Shown here piece by piece: positions 51,096 to 63,219 of a stretch of DNA of 64,000 bases (the first letter of the stretch is position 1; the number at the start of each line of letters is the position of its first letter). The DNA lies in contig NC_086374.1 of NCBI RefSeq assembly GCF_036588685.1, positions 90,396,001 through 90,460,000 of the forward strand, given 5' to 3'. Under the pieces are notes generated by a model. That model saw nothing but the letters and a program-made list of their open reading frames with translations, did no database searches and was not told the DNA's origin. Both the position numbers and the translations under genes were made by a program. The stretch comes from Mytilus trossulus. Taxonomy: Eukaryota.

Positions 51096-54000
51096 TCAGT
51101 CCTCCTCTTCTGGTGCTAATCCACCAAAAACTTCTGTCGGTACATGTTGCACTTGTACTTCTGTAATTAAAAAAAATAGTAGAAGCCTTTATTTTACATG
51201 TATTTTATAAATAAGACTTTGTCAAATTCATGTTCTTAGATTAAAAATGAATTTTCTAATGTCTCTTATCTAAACCTATATGGTAAAATGTATGCGTGTT
51301 TTCAAACTATGATTATAGCAATCACTCAAAAATTCATAATTTATATTAAAAAATATGTACAGAAAGTTGTAATTCTGCTTCAAAAGTAAAGACAAAAAAA
51401 AGCTCATAGGGGTACCCAACACTTAGACTAAAATAGATTTTTTAGTTAAATTTTCAAACAAAATTGAACAAAATAAAAACTTTGACCTGTTTTAACTACA
51501 CATTACACAGAAATCTTTTCAGTTTTTAACCAAAACAAAATTTCAATCATTGAGGAGTTTGATTTCTCTTTTATGAATAATATGTGATTAAATGTTCAGC
51601 TTATTTTTACTTTTAGCACCCTTATGTTTTCTAAAGAACCTTAAATCTCTTCAGGTGTTTTTAGAAGATAATTGGTATGAAGTTGTGTACAATAATAGTC
51701 TACCTTCAACGTTCTCATCCTCATCACTTGAGAAATCAGAATCAATGTTGATTTCATCAGGATTTGTTGTTTTAGTCATCTCTCCTAACTCTTCATCTGT
51801 AGTATTACTCCTATAAATAATACACAAAAATGTTTTCGATTAATTGTGTTAATATCTATTCAAAAATTAACAAACAGGATTTCTCTTGTTATATTTTAGT
51901 TGTTATTGGTTTAAACTAACTTTAATTTAACATTGTACTAGTACATGTATAACATCAGAACAGGAATTTACATTCATTAATATGAAGTGCATAATGTCTC
52001 TATCAGAGTTCTAAATAGGGGAAAAAACTGAAAATCACCAAAAAATTCAATAGGAAAGTCCATAATCACATGTCAAATCAAATGACAAAAACACATCAAA
52101 CAAATGGACGACAACTGTCATACAGAAAAAACATACTAATCTGGTTTTCATATACAAATCCCTAAGTACAATATTTATACCTGACAAATAGAATATTTTT
52201 ATCTGGTTTGGGTTGATCACGTAAGGATTCCTCTGCCAATTGTTTAGCTTTCTCTTCTAATCTCTTCATGTCATCTGTTGATTCTATAAATAGAAAAACA
52301 CATGTCAATATCTGAATACCCATTGTATCGTCTGTCTATCATGGTTAAGTACTAAGGATGAAGCATCCTCTATGAGATACAAATTTTCCTTGATTTTGTG
52401 GGCAAATTTAGTTTTCTATGTTGTGTTTAGTGTACTGTTGGTTTCTTTACTTTTAGCCATGCCATTGTCAGTCTATAATTCAGACGTGGGGTCAATTACA
52501 TTGGAATGTAATTAATTAAATTACACATTACATTGCAAAAATGATCAATTACATCAATTACACATTACACTGTTTTTGAAATGTAATTAATTAAATTACA
52601 ATTACTTTACTAAAGTAATTAATTAAATTACACATTACATTTTGTTATGGTATTTTTTAACAATATTATACATGTATAAAATATTCATGTAAGCATAGTT
52701 TAAGCATTGCATTTGATAATCATTAGTTATTTTAATGTTTTGTCATTTAGTCTGAATCTCTCTGGTCTGAACACTTTGACATCAATTCTAAATAGCTTTT
52801 TTTAATGCGGCAGATATTACTTGATCAGAACATGGAAGCTCTATGATCAGAAGATCATCATATTGAAAGGAGGGGGAATTCGTTCCTATTAACTTGACAA
52901 TACATCAAGGGGTATTTTGACATCTCAGAAATGAGGTCATTTAAATCAAACATAATATAAATAAAGATATTATACATAAATCATAAATATTTTTTTTTTA
53001 CATTAAAAATATCAAAAAGTGTGCTTGTCACAATATTGAAAATAAATTTTAGTACAAATAATGTATGTATAATGTCTAAATATTAGCAATATTTAAATTT
53101 GCTAATTAGATAAAAATACATGAAACAGTGGCATTGCCCCTTGACATTTTAATCTGATTAATTGCTGTTTGTTAATTTTGTTTTTACAGCTGTTAATTTT
53201 TATTTCTACAATCCTTTTTGTGTATACTAATTTGACAAAATGATTGTGTGCAGTGATTTTAAGTTTTAAATGAACTGTCTAAGAAAGATTTTTCACAGTG
53301 ACACTTTTTATTTGGTTTTTGTTTAACAGGATGATTAATTACTTATCAATCTTTTTAGTTAAAAAGATCTTTCTTAAGAAATGGACACTCGTATATGATT
53401 CTCACATTTTTTTAAAATTTATAATAATTATTAAAACAAAACATCTGTAGGTCAAATAAATATTATTATATACATTGTAACTTCAGTATAAATTACAGAC
53501 TTCATATATATATATATATGTATTAAAAAAGTATGTGATATCAATATTTGAAAAACAAGTATTATTTCACAATTTCTTTTATTAAACACAAATTCTTATC
53601 TTTAACACCATAAAAGTATATGTAATTCAAATGTAATTCAAAAGTAATTGAGCATTACATGCTTTTTTCAATGTAATTAATTAAATTACCATTATATGTA
53701 ATTGAAAAAATGCTCAATTACACATTACATTCAATTACATTGAAAATTGTAATGCATTACACTTAATTACCATTACATTTTCAATTACCCCAATATAGAC
53801 TCTATATTATAAGTTTGAATATCCCTTTGATATCTTTAAACTCTCTTATAAATGTTCAATTAAATACAAAATTTATATAATCTTGTATGCCGACTTTGGC
53901 AAAGCCATGAAATCACATATCCTTGAAAGTGCATGTTTTGATTTTAATTAAAAAAGTTAACCTGGATTATCTCCCTTGGCCCCTGCTGCAGCAGCTAACA

Positions 54001-57000
54001 TCTGTGACGACATGAAGTTCACCTAAAAAAATCATAGAATTGTTATACAGATCATCTTTTAAACAATAAGTTAACAAGAACATGCAACACAAGAAAATCA
54101 TATTTAATTACACTGTAATTAAGTTAACACAACAAATTGTATTCAATTACACTGTAATAAAGTTAACACAAAAAAATCATATTTAATTACACTGTAATAA
54201 AGTTAACACAACAAATTATATTCAATTACACTGTAATAAAGTTATCACAAAAAATCATATTTGATTACACTGTATTAAATAAAGTTAAAACAACAACAAA
54301 GAACCTTATTAACCACTGCATCTTGGGTAGTTTATGACAATGTCTCTTCCACAAAGTCTGCATGTTCAACTTTGTGAAAAAGACTAACCATGATCGATTT
54401 TGTATGCTGATAATCCTTTAGATTAAGTTTTAATACAAGGATGAAAATGTGGTCAAGGACAACAGACATATGACAGACACAAGTTTTGTATTATAACACA
54501 TTTTTACACTAGATTTGAAGCATCAAGGTCTTCTACCTCCAAAAAGCCTAATACATATAGTTGTAATTTGTCTTGCATTCTGCGACTTTTATTGCAGACA
54601 AGACAAAAAGATTTGTTGGCCTTTCAAGAAATGGATATTGTGACACTAACATGTGTATTATACCTAGCTTGTACACTTCTCTTTACACTTAATATTTCCC
54701 TGACTTTATCTAACCTGTCTATTACACATATACCTGTCTATTACACAAATCACTCATCTGTCTATTACACACATCACTCACCTGTGTATTATACATAGCT
54801 TGTACACTTCTCTTTATACGCAACATTTCCCTGACTGTATCTAACCTGTCTATTACACATATACCTGTCTATTACACACATCACTCACCTGTGTATTATA
54901 CATAGCTTGTACACTTCTCTTTATATGTAATATTTCCCTGACCGTATCTAACCTGTCTATATCACATACACCTGTCTATTACACACATCACTCACCTGTG
55001 TATTATACATAGCTTGTATACTTCTCTTTATACGCAACATTTCCCTGACCGTATCTTCATTACCATGTTTAATCTCAAACTCTTTCCACACTTGCCAGAA
55101 GTTAGGAGCTACCTACGAAATACATAATTATGAATTAACAATATGAAATATCACATATAAGAATAAATTGAAATAGCAAAATAAGTGATAGAACTACTAT
55201 TTTTTTTTGGTCTTTTTGTTAGTAAATTTTTGTACTTTAGGTGTACAGCAGAAAAATATCATGTCTCATTTAAAACCAACATTGAAAATTAAAAGTTATA
55301 AACATATTCATTTTTGGTTGTTGTAAAAAGCTTCATTTACTTAGAATAAAAAGTTCTAGCGCTATTATAGTACTTACTCTAGGATCACAGATTTGTGATG
55401 CATGAGAATAGATAGCTCTAGCTCTGTCAATCTCCCCTAACTTCCTCTCCAAATCAGCAAATCTTATACACATCTCTCTGTAAACAGTAAATATAAAGTA
55501 TATACATGTGTAATACCATATTGCACTTCATACTGTCTATGAGAACAATATTTAATTTAAAGGTGTACAAATTTACTATGCTTTAACAATCAAAGTTACC
55601 ACTCTTGAATAATTTAAATAGATAGGCTTTACTAATATTAAGTACATGATGTACAAGTAAATATATATTTTACGCTTTACTAATGTTAAGTTCATGATGT
55701 ACAAGTAATTATATATTTTACGCTTTACTAATGTTAAGAACATGATGTACAAGTAAATATATATTTTACGCTTTACTAATGTTAAGTTCATGATGTACAA
55801 GTAATTATATATTTTACGCTTTACTAATGTTAAGAACATGATGTACAAGTAAATATATATTTTACGCTTTACTAATGTTAAGAACATGATGTACAAGTAA
55901 ATATATATTTTACGCTTTACTAATGTTAAGTACATGATGTACAAGTAAATATATATTTTACGCTTTACTAATGTTAAGAACATGATGTACAAGTAAATAT
56001 ATATTTTACGCTTTACTAATGTTAAGAACATGATGTACAAGTAAATATATATTTTACGCTTTACTAATGTTAAGTACATGATGTACAAGTAAATATATAT
56101 TTTACGCTTTACTAATGTTAAGTTCATGATGTACAAGTAATTATATATTTTACGCTTTACTAATGTTAAGTTCATGATGTACAAGTAAATATATATTTTA
56201 CGCTTTACTAATGTTAAGTTCATGATGTACAAGTAAATATATATTTTACGCTTTACTAATGTTAAGAACATGATGTACAAGTAAATATATATTTTACGCT
56301 TTACTAATGTTAAGTTCATGATGTACAAGTAAATATATATTTTACGCTTTACTAATGTTAAGTACATGATGTACAAGTAAATATATATTTTACACTTTAC
56401 TAATGTTAAGTACATGATGTACAAGTAAATATATATTTTACGCTTTACTAATGTTAAGTACATGATGTACAAGTAAATATATATTTTACACTTTACTAAT
56501 GTTTTAAAGTACATGATGTACAAGTAAATATATAAATATATAAGTCATATTCTTCCTGTTGAAGAGTTTGTAATATAGACATGTTACTCACCGGGCTTGT
56601 TCATCAGGTAAAACTTCCAAAGCTTTTTCATAAATAGGTCGTGTATATGTCACACCATAAATCTCAGCTGCTCTTTTTATATACACATTAAACATCTATA
56701 AATAGAAATGTTATCATGTTTTTAAGGTAATGGTATATATTCTGCATAGTAAAAGTTTTAAATCATTAAATCATTAAAATGTCAAGTTATCTTGCTATTT
56801 AAGACTTTCTCATTCAAACAGCCATGGATGTAAAAAATTTAAATCAAAACATAGCGATTATACAAGGATAAGGCTATGGTATAACAAAATTTATTGCAAA
56901 TGCAAATTCTAAGAACAAATTTTAATCCTTATCATGCTTGGGAGGAAAAACATGGCTTTCGGTCTTAGAACTTTACACAGTACTGTGGATCCATTATTAT

Positions 57001-60000
57001 TCGTTGGACACCAATTTTCATGGATTTCGTGACAACAGGTGAACCACGAAATTAAATGTTCAACAAACACCAAATTTTCCATAGGCTTGTATGCAGATTT
57101 TGGCAAAACCACGAAATTAAATATCCACGAACATGTAAATTTTTCTCAATGCACGAAAATTGGTACCAACGAAAATAAATGAATTCACAGTAATAAAGTA
57201 CAAAACTTGTGCTTCAAATACCAAATCCAGTATTTTGATTGGTTGATTTCGGAGTATGTAAGATAATCATGTGTACAAGGTTGAGAGGGGATGAAGAAAA
57301 GGTTAAGGACTTCTCATATGCTTTCATTGTTCTTACATTGTAGTTTGAAGTCTATACATGTACCCTAGATCAACCATGGTTAAACAAAGTATGACATTTT
57401 ATCATCTCTTGCAAAAACTAAATTGATGAGTAAAAATCTTTTTATTGTGTTACCTCATATCTTTCTTCTGGGAGTACAGCTTTTGTAGCTCTGTCATACA
57501 CAGCCATGGCATGTCTGGCTAATCCATGCTCCTCTTCTAGCTTGGCATATAATAAAAAGATAGCTACAACAGGAAAGAAAAAGAAATAATCAATTGTGAA
57601 GACAGCATAACATAAATAATGAGAATTTTTAAGGCTGTGTCTTAAATTTTTGCATAAATGCCATGCACATTTAAATGCAAAAAATGCACTTACGACAAAT
57701 TCACCATCACTATACATGGGATTATTAATCTTGTGTAATTGGGAATTATAAATTCAGCTTCAATATGGCCTAAATGTTTAATGTCAATATATGTCAATAA
57801 AAGTCTATACAAAAACAATCCAATATATGGTGTGATATTTTTATACACATCTGTATACTACTATATGTTCATATTTCTGTACAACATAAACTATTCTTCC
57901 TTTAACAAATTTTCTTGCATAAAGTCAATTCTAATGCAACATAGTTTGTAATATTCACTTTGATTGGTTAATGTCACTAGTTTTCATGGCATCAATTCAG
58001 AATTGATGTTATGAAAATGTACATGCAAGCGCACATGACTAATGACATATTTTAAATATATGATTTGACGTTGTATTCTGTCAGTTTCATTAGAATGGTG
58101 ATAACAATATTGTATTCAAAGTACAGAGGGCACCAATTGGTGATTTGATGGTCGCAAATACCTGTATACTGGCTCCCCTAATAATTCGCTAGTATTACTT
58201 TAATTTACAACGATCAAATCACCAATTAATGTTGTCAGGGCTTAAAATATAATACAGTTATCTCCTAATTCTATTTATAAATAAAAAAGATAAAACAAAA
58301 ATCTAAGGACAAAAAAACAGAAAGTAATCAAGAGGTCGACATTTGCCTTTATTCTGAGACAAGTGTCAACACAAAATTCAACGCTTTAAATCAAGTCTCC
58401 AAAAGGTTTTTTTTAATGATTCTTTTTAGAACAGGTGAGAGTAATTATACATACATAGTGAGTATGGTCTTGAGGAAAAGATGAAACATCGTCGGAAGGG
58501 GACGATAAATGGCTGAACCGTGTTAAGAGAGAGCCATATCATTTGCACGTTAAAGACACCCTTGTAGATTTCAAAAGCAGACTAATGCACTCACACCCTC
58601 AAAGTGATAGGGATTAATATAAGTTGCAAAACTTGTTTCCCAATCCACTATAAATAAATATGTTTAAGGTGGCTCCTGGGTACAAAAATTTCAGCAAAAA
58701 AGTAAACCTTTATTTTTTCATTACAAGTTATATTTATTACACTATTAGTTATTACTTTATGATATAGTACAACTAGAGGCTCTAAAGAGCCTGTGTCGCT
58801 CACCTTGGTCTATGTGCAATATAAGTTGCAAAACTTGTTTCTATGTAGGACTCAAATCTATGGCGGGTTCCAAATCTATGGCAGATTCCTAATCTATGGC
58901 AGATTCCTAATCTATGGCAAATGTGACGTTACAAACGCCAAACAACTCAAATCTATGGCAGATTTTTGTTTTTCTCCAAATCTATGGCAGATCTAATATA
59001 TAACGTCACAGTTCAATAACGCCATATTACATTGTCGCCGCCGCAAACGATGGAGGAACCCATAGATTTGAACACTATTCTAAATGACAACAATTTGACG
59101 ATGGTTTACATAAAGATGTGACCCATTATCCAGAAAAGGGACACAATGTGATGAACGAGGACACCGCTTTTTTCAGTAACGGATATTTCAGAAAAGGAGT
59201 TATTATAGTAAACATTTTATTGTCTACGGTTGGCAAAGCTTATAAAGTGAAACATGAAATTAACGGATACCAATTTTATTTAGATCGTCATAAAATAAAA
59301 AAGATGCCATAACGATGAATAACATATTATTTGAACATTCAAACAGTTCATTTTTATTAATCCTCCTTTTTTTATTTATTAAAAATCCTTCTTCTTGTTT
59401 GTTAAGGGACTTACCGTTCATTACTAGTTGGTTAAATGAAAACACAGATTTGAAAATTTTTATTTTTACAAGGCACATCATTTCAATCTTAAAGTTTGTA
59501 TTTATGTTATGAATTCATTATTTACGTTTTTTTTTTTGCCGTTATGATTTTGTTGACCAGTATATACTGTTTATTTCACAAATGTTTGTAGACATGATTC
59601 CGTTGTCGCGCATGTTCACTTGTTTAAATAATGCAAGTTAATGGTCGTATGTGTACTGCATTATTTTCCATTTGCAATTCATTTTCCATAGACTTGGACA
59701 CAATAAAAATCCGCAAAAGATTAGGAAATTACAAAACTTGCCATAGATTAGGATGGTAAATAATCTGCCATAGATTTGGGATTGCATGACGTCACATTTG
59801 CCATAGATTAGGAATCTCCCATAGATTTGGAACCACCCATAGATTTGAGTCCTACATATTAAACAAAGGACACAAATGGATTCATGACAAAATTGTATTT
59901 TGGTGATGGTGATGTGTTTGAAGTTCTTACTTTACTGAACGATTTTGCTTCTTACAATTATATCTATCATGAACTTTGCCCATTAGTAACAGAGAACTAT

Positions 60001-63000
60001 ATTTGGTAAAAATTTACATAAATTTACCAAATTAATGAAAATTGTTAAAAATTTACTATAAAGGGCAATAACTCCTTAAGGGGTCAATTGACCATTTAGG
60101 TCATGTTGACTTATTTGTAGATCTTACTTTGCTGAACATTATTGCTGTTTACAGTTTATCGCTATCTATAATAGTATTCAAGATAACCAAAAACGGCAAA
60201 ATTTCTTTAAAAATTACCAATTGGAGGGCAGCAACCCAACAACCAGTTGTCCAATTCATCTGAAAAATTCAGGGCAGATAGATATTGACTTGATTAACAA
60301 TTTAACTTCTTGTCAGATTTGCTCTAGATGCTTTGGTTTCATAGTTATAAGCAAAAAACTGCATTTTACCCCTATGTTCTATTTTTAGCCGTGGCGGCCA
60401 TCTTGGTTGAATGGCCAGGTCATCGGACACATTTTTCAAACTAGATACCCCAAAGATGATTGTGGCCTAGTAGTTTCAGTGGAGATTTTGTAAAAGATTA
60501 CTTAGATTTATGAAAAATGGTTAAAAATTGACTATAAAGGGCAATAACTCCTAAAGGGGTCAACTGACCATTTTGGTCATGTTGACTTATTTGTAGATCT
60601 TACTTTGCTGAACATTATTGCTGTTTACAATTTATCTCTATCTATAATAATATTCAAGATAATAACCAAAAACAGCAAAATTTCCTCAAAATTACCAATT
60701 CAGGGGCAGCAACCCAACAACCGATTGACCGATTCATCTGAAAATTTCAGGGCAGATAGTTCTTGACCTGATAAACATTTTTATCCCATGTCAGATTTCC
60801 TCAAAATGCTTTGGTTTTTGAGTTATAAGCAAAAAACTGCATTTTACCCCTATGTTCTATTTTTAGCGGTGGCGGCCATCTTGGTTGGTTGACCAGGTCA
60901 CGCCACACATTTTTTAAACTAGATACCCCAAAGATGATTGTGGCCAAGTTTGGATTAATTTGGCCAAGTAGTTTCAGAGGAGAAGATTTTTGTAAAAGAT
61001 TACTTTAATTTACGAAAAATGGTTAAAAATTGACTATAAAGGGCAATAACTCCTAAACGGGTCAACTGACCATTTTGGTCATGTTGACTTATTTGTAGAT
61101 CTTACTTTGCTGAACATTATTGCTGTTTACAGTTTATCTCTATCTATAATAATATTCAAGATAATAACCAAAAACAGCAAAATTTCCTCAAAATTACCAA
61201 TTCAGGGGCAGCAACCCAACAACCGATTGACCGATTCATCTCAGAGCAGATAGATCTTGACCTGATAAACATTCTTATCCCATGTCAGATTTCCTCAAAA
61301 TGCTTTGGTTTTTGAGTTATAAGCCAAAAACTGCATTTTACCCCTTTGTTCTATTTTTAGCCGTGGTGGCCATCTTGGTTGGTTGACCAGGTCACGCCAC
61401 ACATTTTTTAAACTAGATACCCCAAAGATGATTGTGGCCAAGTTTGGATTAATTTGGCCAAGTAGTTTCAGAGGAGAAGATTTTTGTAAAAGATTACTTT
61501 AATTTACGAAAAATGGTTAAAAATTGACTATAGAGGGCAATAACTCCTAAACGGGTCAACTGACCATTTTGGTCATGTTGACTTATTTGTAGATCTTACT
61601 TTGCTGAACATTATTGCTGTTTACAGTTTATCTCTAACTATAATTATATTCAAGATAATAACCAAAAACAGCAAAATTTCTTCAAAATTACCAATTCAGG
61701 GGCAGCAACCCAACAACCGATTGACCGATTCATCTGAAAATTTCAGGGCAGATAGATCTTGACCTGATAAACATTTTTACCCCATGTCAGATTTGCTCTA
61801 AATGCTTTGGTTTTTGAGTTATAAGCCAAAAACTGCATTTTACCCCTATGTTCTATTTTTAGCCGTGGCGGCCATCTTGGTTGGTTGACCGGGTCACGCC
61901 ACACATTTTTTTAAACTAGATACCCCAATGATGATTGTGGCCAAGTTTGGTTTGATTTGGCCCAGTAGTTTCAGAGGAGAAGATTTTTGTAAAAGTTAAC
62001 GACGACGGACGACGGACGCCAAGTGATGAGAAAAGCTCACTTGGCCCTTCGGACCAGGTGAGCTAAAAATCAACCCAAAAAACTGATTCGGTTTGGCCCC
62101 AGATGACTTTTATAATGTTTAACTCATTGAAAAGCTCCAAATTATCTCCCTTTGGCGCAAAAATATTATAATTTGATTGGTGGTGGTTGGTTAATAAAGA
62201 TTGCTTGAACATTTAAATGAAATATCCAATTTAAAATGTATGCAAGGTGTGGTCATATAAAAAGTGCCTCCCCCTCCTATTTTTACTTTGGGAACAGCCC
62301 TGAGGAGAATAACATCAGAGTAGTGTATCATACCTTTAGCAAACTTCTGAGGACAGTTTTCCAAGCATTGTTCAAACAAATCTCTAGCTCTTTCTAATTT
62401 AGTACCTTCCTAGAAAAACAAAATGTAAGAAATTCCTTTGATTCAATTATACTCTAGCTTCTAGTAGAATAAATTTCCATCAATAATTCAACACAGTTAT
62501 TCCTAAACTAATGCCAAAAACAACCATTATTATTTCAGTATAAAATATGATTAAACAAAAATTCCATGGAATTGTTTTATTGTCATTGATGACTAAGCCC
62601 AGTTTTTATTGATTCAACATTAAATATGTAGAAAAAAATATGAAAAATCCTACAAACTAACCACATACTGTAAACCAACTTATTTTCGCGAGTAGAAAAA
62701 TAATGCGAATATAAATCGTTGTGAATATGTCAATCTCTGATCTTTACTTAATAAACTTCATCAAGTAAGTCAGATAATTGCGAAATTAAAAAGCCACAAA
62801 GTGGTCAAAAAAGGGTTAAACGCAAAATAAAGTATCCGCGAAAATAAGTTGGTTTACAGTAATTGAAAATTTTTAACATGATTTTCAAAAAAACAACCTA
62901 AATACCTGCAACAAACTAACATTTAATATTGACTTACATATCGTTCTATAAACTTAACCAAGTAAGTGTTCCATATGTCGTACACATTTGGCCATTTAAA

Positions 63001-63138
63001 CAGAGCAATTCCTTTCTCATAGCCTTTGAAAGCCTCTTCAAAATAATTATTTTCTTCTAAAAACAATCCATAGTTAATAATGATTTGTGGTGTGGCTATC
63101 CGTAGTTCTATAATTCTGTCATAAACAGCTTTACACGT
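51096..63138 (-). CDS. XAB2: Pre-mRNA splicing factor SYF1/XAB2 (HAT/TPR repeats), C-terminal 347 aa; 5' part lies outside the window
   Basis: Exons in transcript order: 63138-62938, 62409-62334, 57563-57454, 56695-56592, 55477-55378, 55112-54996, 54022-53962, 52283-52181, 51810-51704, 51160-51096 (TGA). All GT-AG and phase-consistent. Peptides [81 protein letters not shown] and VPTEVFG match SYF1 as recalled. Confidence 0.96.
52481..53798. mobile_element. Degenerate TIR element with ATTAC/GTAAT subterminal repeats (possibly hAT-like) in an XAB2 intron
   Basis: Ends CAGACGTGGGGTCAATT / AATTACCCCAATATAG; dense AATTAC(AC)ATTAC arrays at both ends; interrupts a common repeat tail; no exact TSD. 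Confidence 0.55.
54085..54295. repeat. ~39/40-bp minisatellite, about five copies, next to an XAB2 acceptor
   Basis: AAGTTAACACAA.AAAT..TATT.AATTACACTGTAATA in alternating variants. Confidence 0.85.
54645..55056 (-). repeat. ~107-bp tandem array made from the 3' end of an XAB2 exon plus its donor site (real exon plus three copies)
   Basis: AGATACGGTCAGGGAAAT...TATAATACACAG|GTGAGTGATGTGTG with exon-end positions 54996 (real), 54889 and 54782, and a decayed copy at 54651. Confidence 0.93.
55627..56533. repeat. 48-bp minisatellite, about 19 near-identical copies, filling most of an XAB2 intron
   Basis: (TTTACTAATGTTAAGWWCATGATGTACAAGTAAWTATATATTTTACGC)n. Confidence 0.97.
56981..57192. mobile_element. 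Palindromic TA-MITE, same family as 10276-10487, opposite orientation
   Basis: TA|CTGTGGATCCATT ... AATGAATTCACAG|TA. Confidence 0.8.
58470..58660 (+). mobile_element. Possible SINE fragment (Nin/Deu-domain-like)
   Basis: GGGGACGATAAA...TGCACGTTAAAGACACCC resembles the conserved central domain of Nin/Deu SINEs as recalled; not verified. Confidence 0.35.
58771..62066 (-). mobile_element. Second HINE copy (family of 22911-24220) with ~4.3 internal ~505-bp units, interrupted by a TIR element
   Basis: Reverse-complement match of both ends (AACTAGAGGCTCTAAAGAGCCTGTGTCGCTCACCTTGG; GACGACGGACG...CCAGGTGAGCTAA) and of the core repeats. Confidence 0.9.
58844..59856. mobile_element. Non-autonomous TIR DNA transposon (TGT...ACA ends, TA duplication) nested in the HINE
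   Basis: TIR TGTAGGACTCAAATCTATGG / CCATAGATTTGAGTCCTACA, extended by repeated AATCTATGGCAG motifs; empty site GTGCA-TA-TTAAAC is seen in the other HINE copy. Confidence 0.9.
62666..62861. mobile_element. TA-MITE; partial reverse copy at ~15350-15476
   Basis: TA|CTGTAAACCAACTTATTTTCGCG ... CGCGAAAATAAGTTGGTTTACAG|TA. Confidence 0.8.
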
Positions 63139-63151
63139 CTGAAAAAATACA

Positions 63152-63219
63152 AATATTTATAGCGTCAAGAAGAAAAATATAATTATATTTATAGCGTCAA
63201 GAAGAAAAATATAATTATA
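63152..63219. repeat. Two-copy 33-bp tandem duplication next to an XAB2 acceptor
   Basis: ATATTTATAGCGTCAAGAAGAAAAATATAATT occurs twice, starting about 12 nt from the AG. Confidence 0.85.

Noticed and set aside
55576-56523. 315-aa ORF
   Set aside because: Translation of the 48-bp minisatellite (16-aa period) inside an XAB2 intron; stop-free because of the unit sequence.
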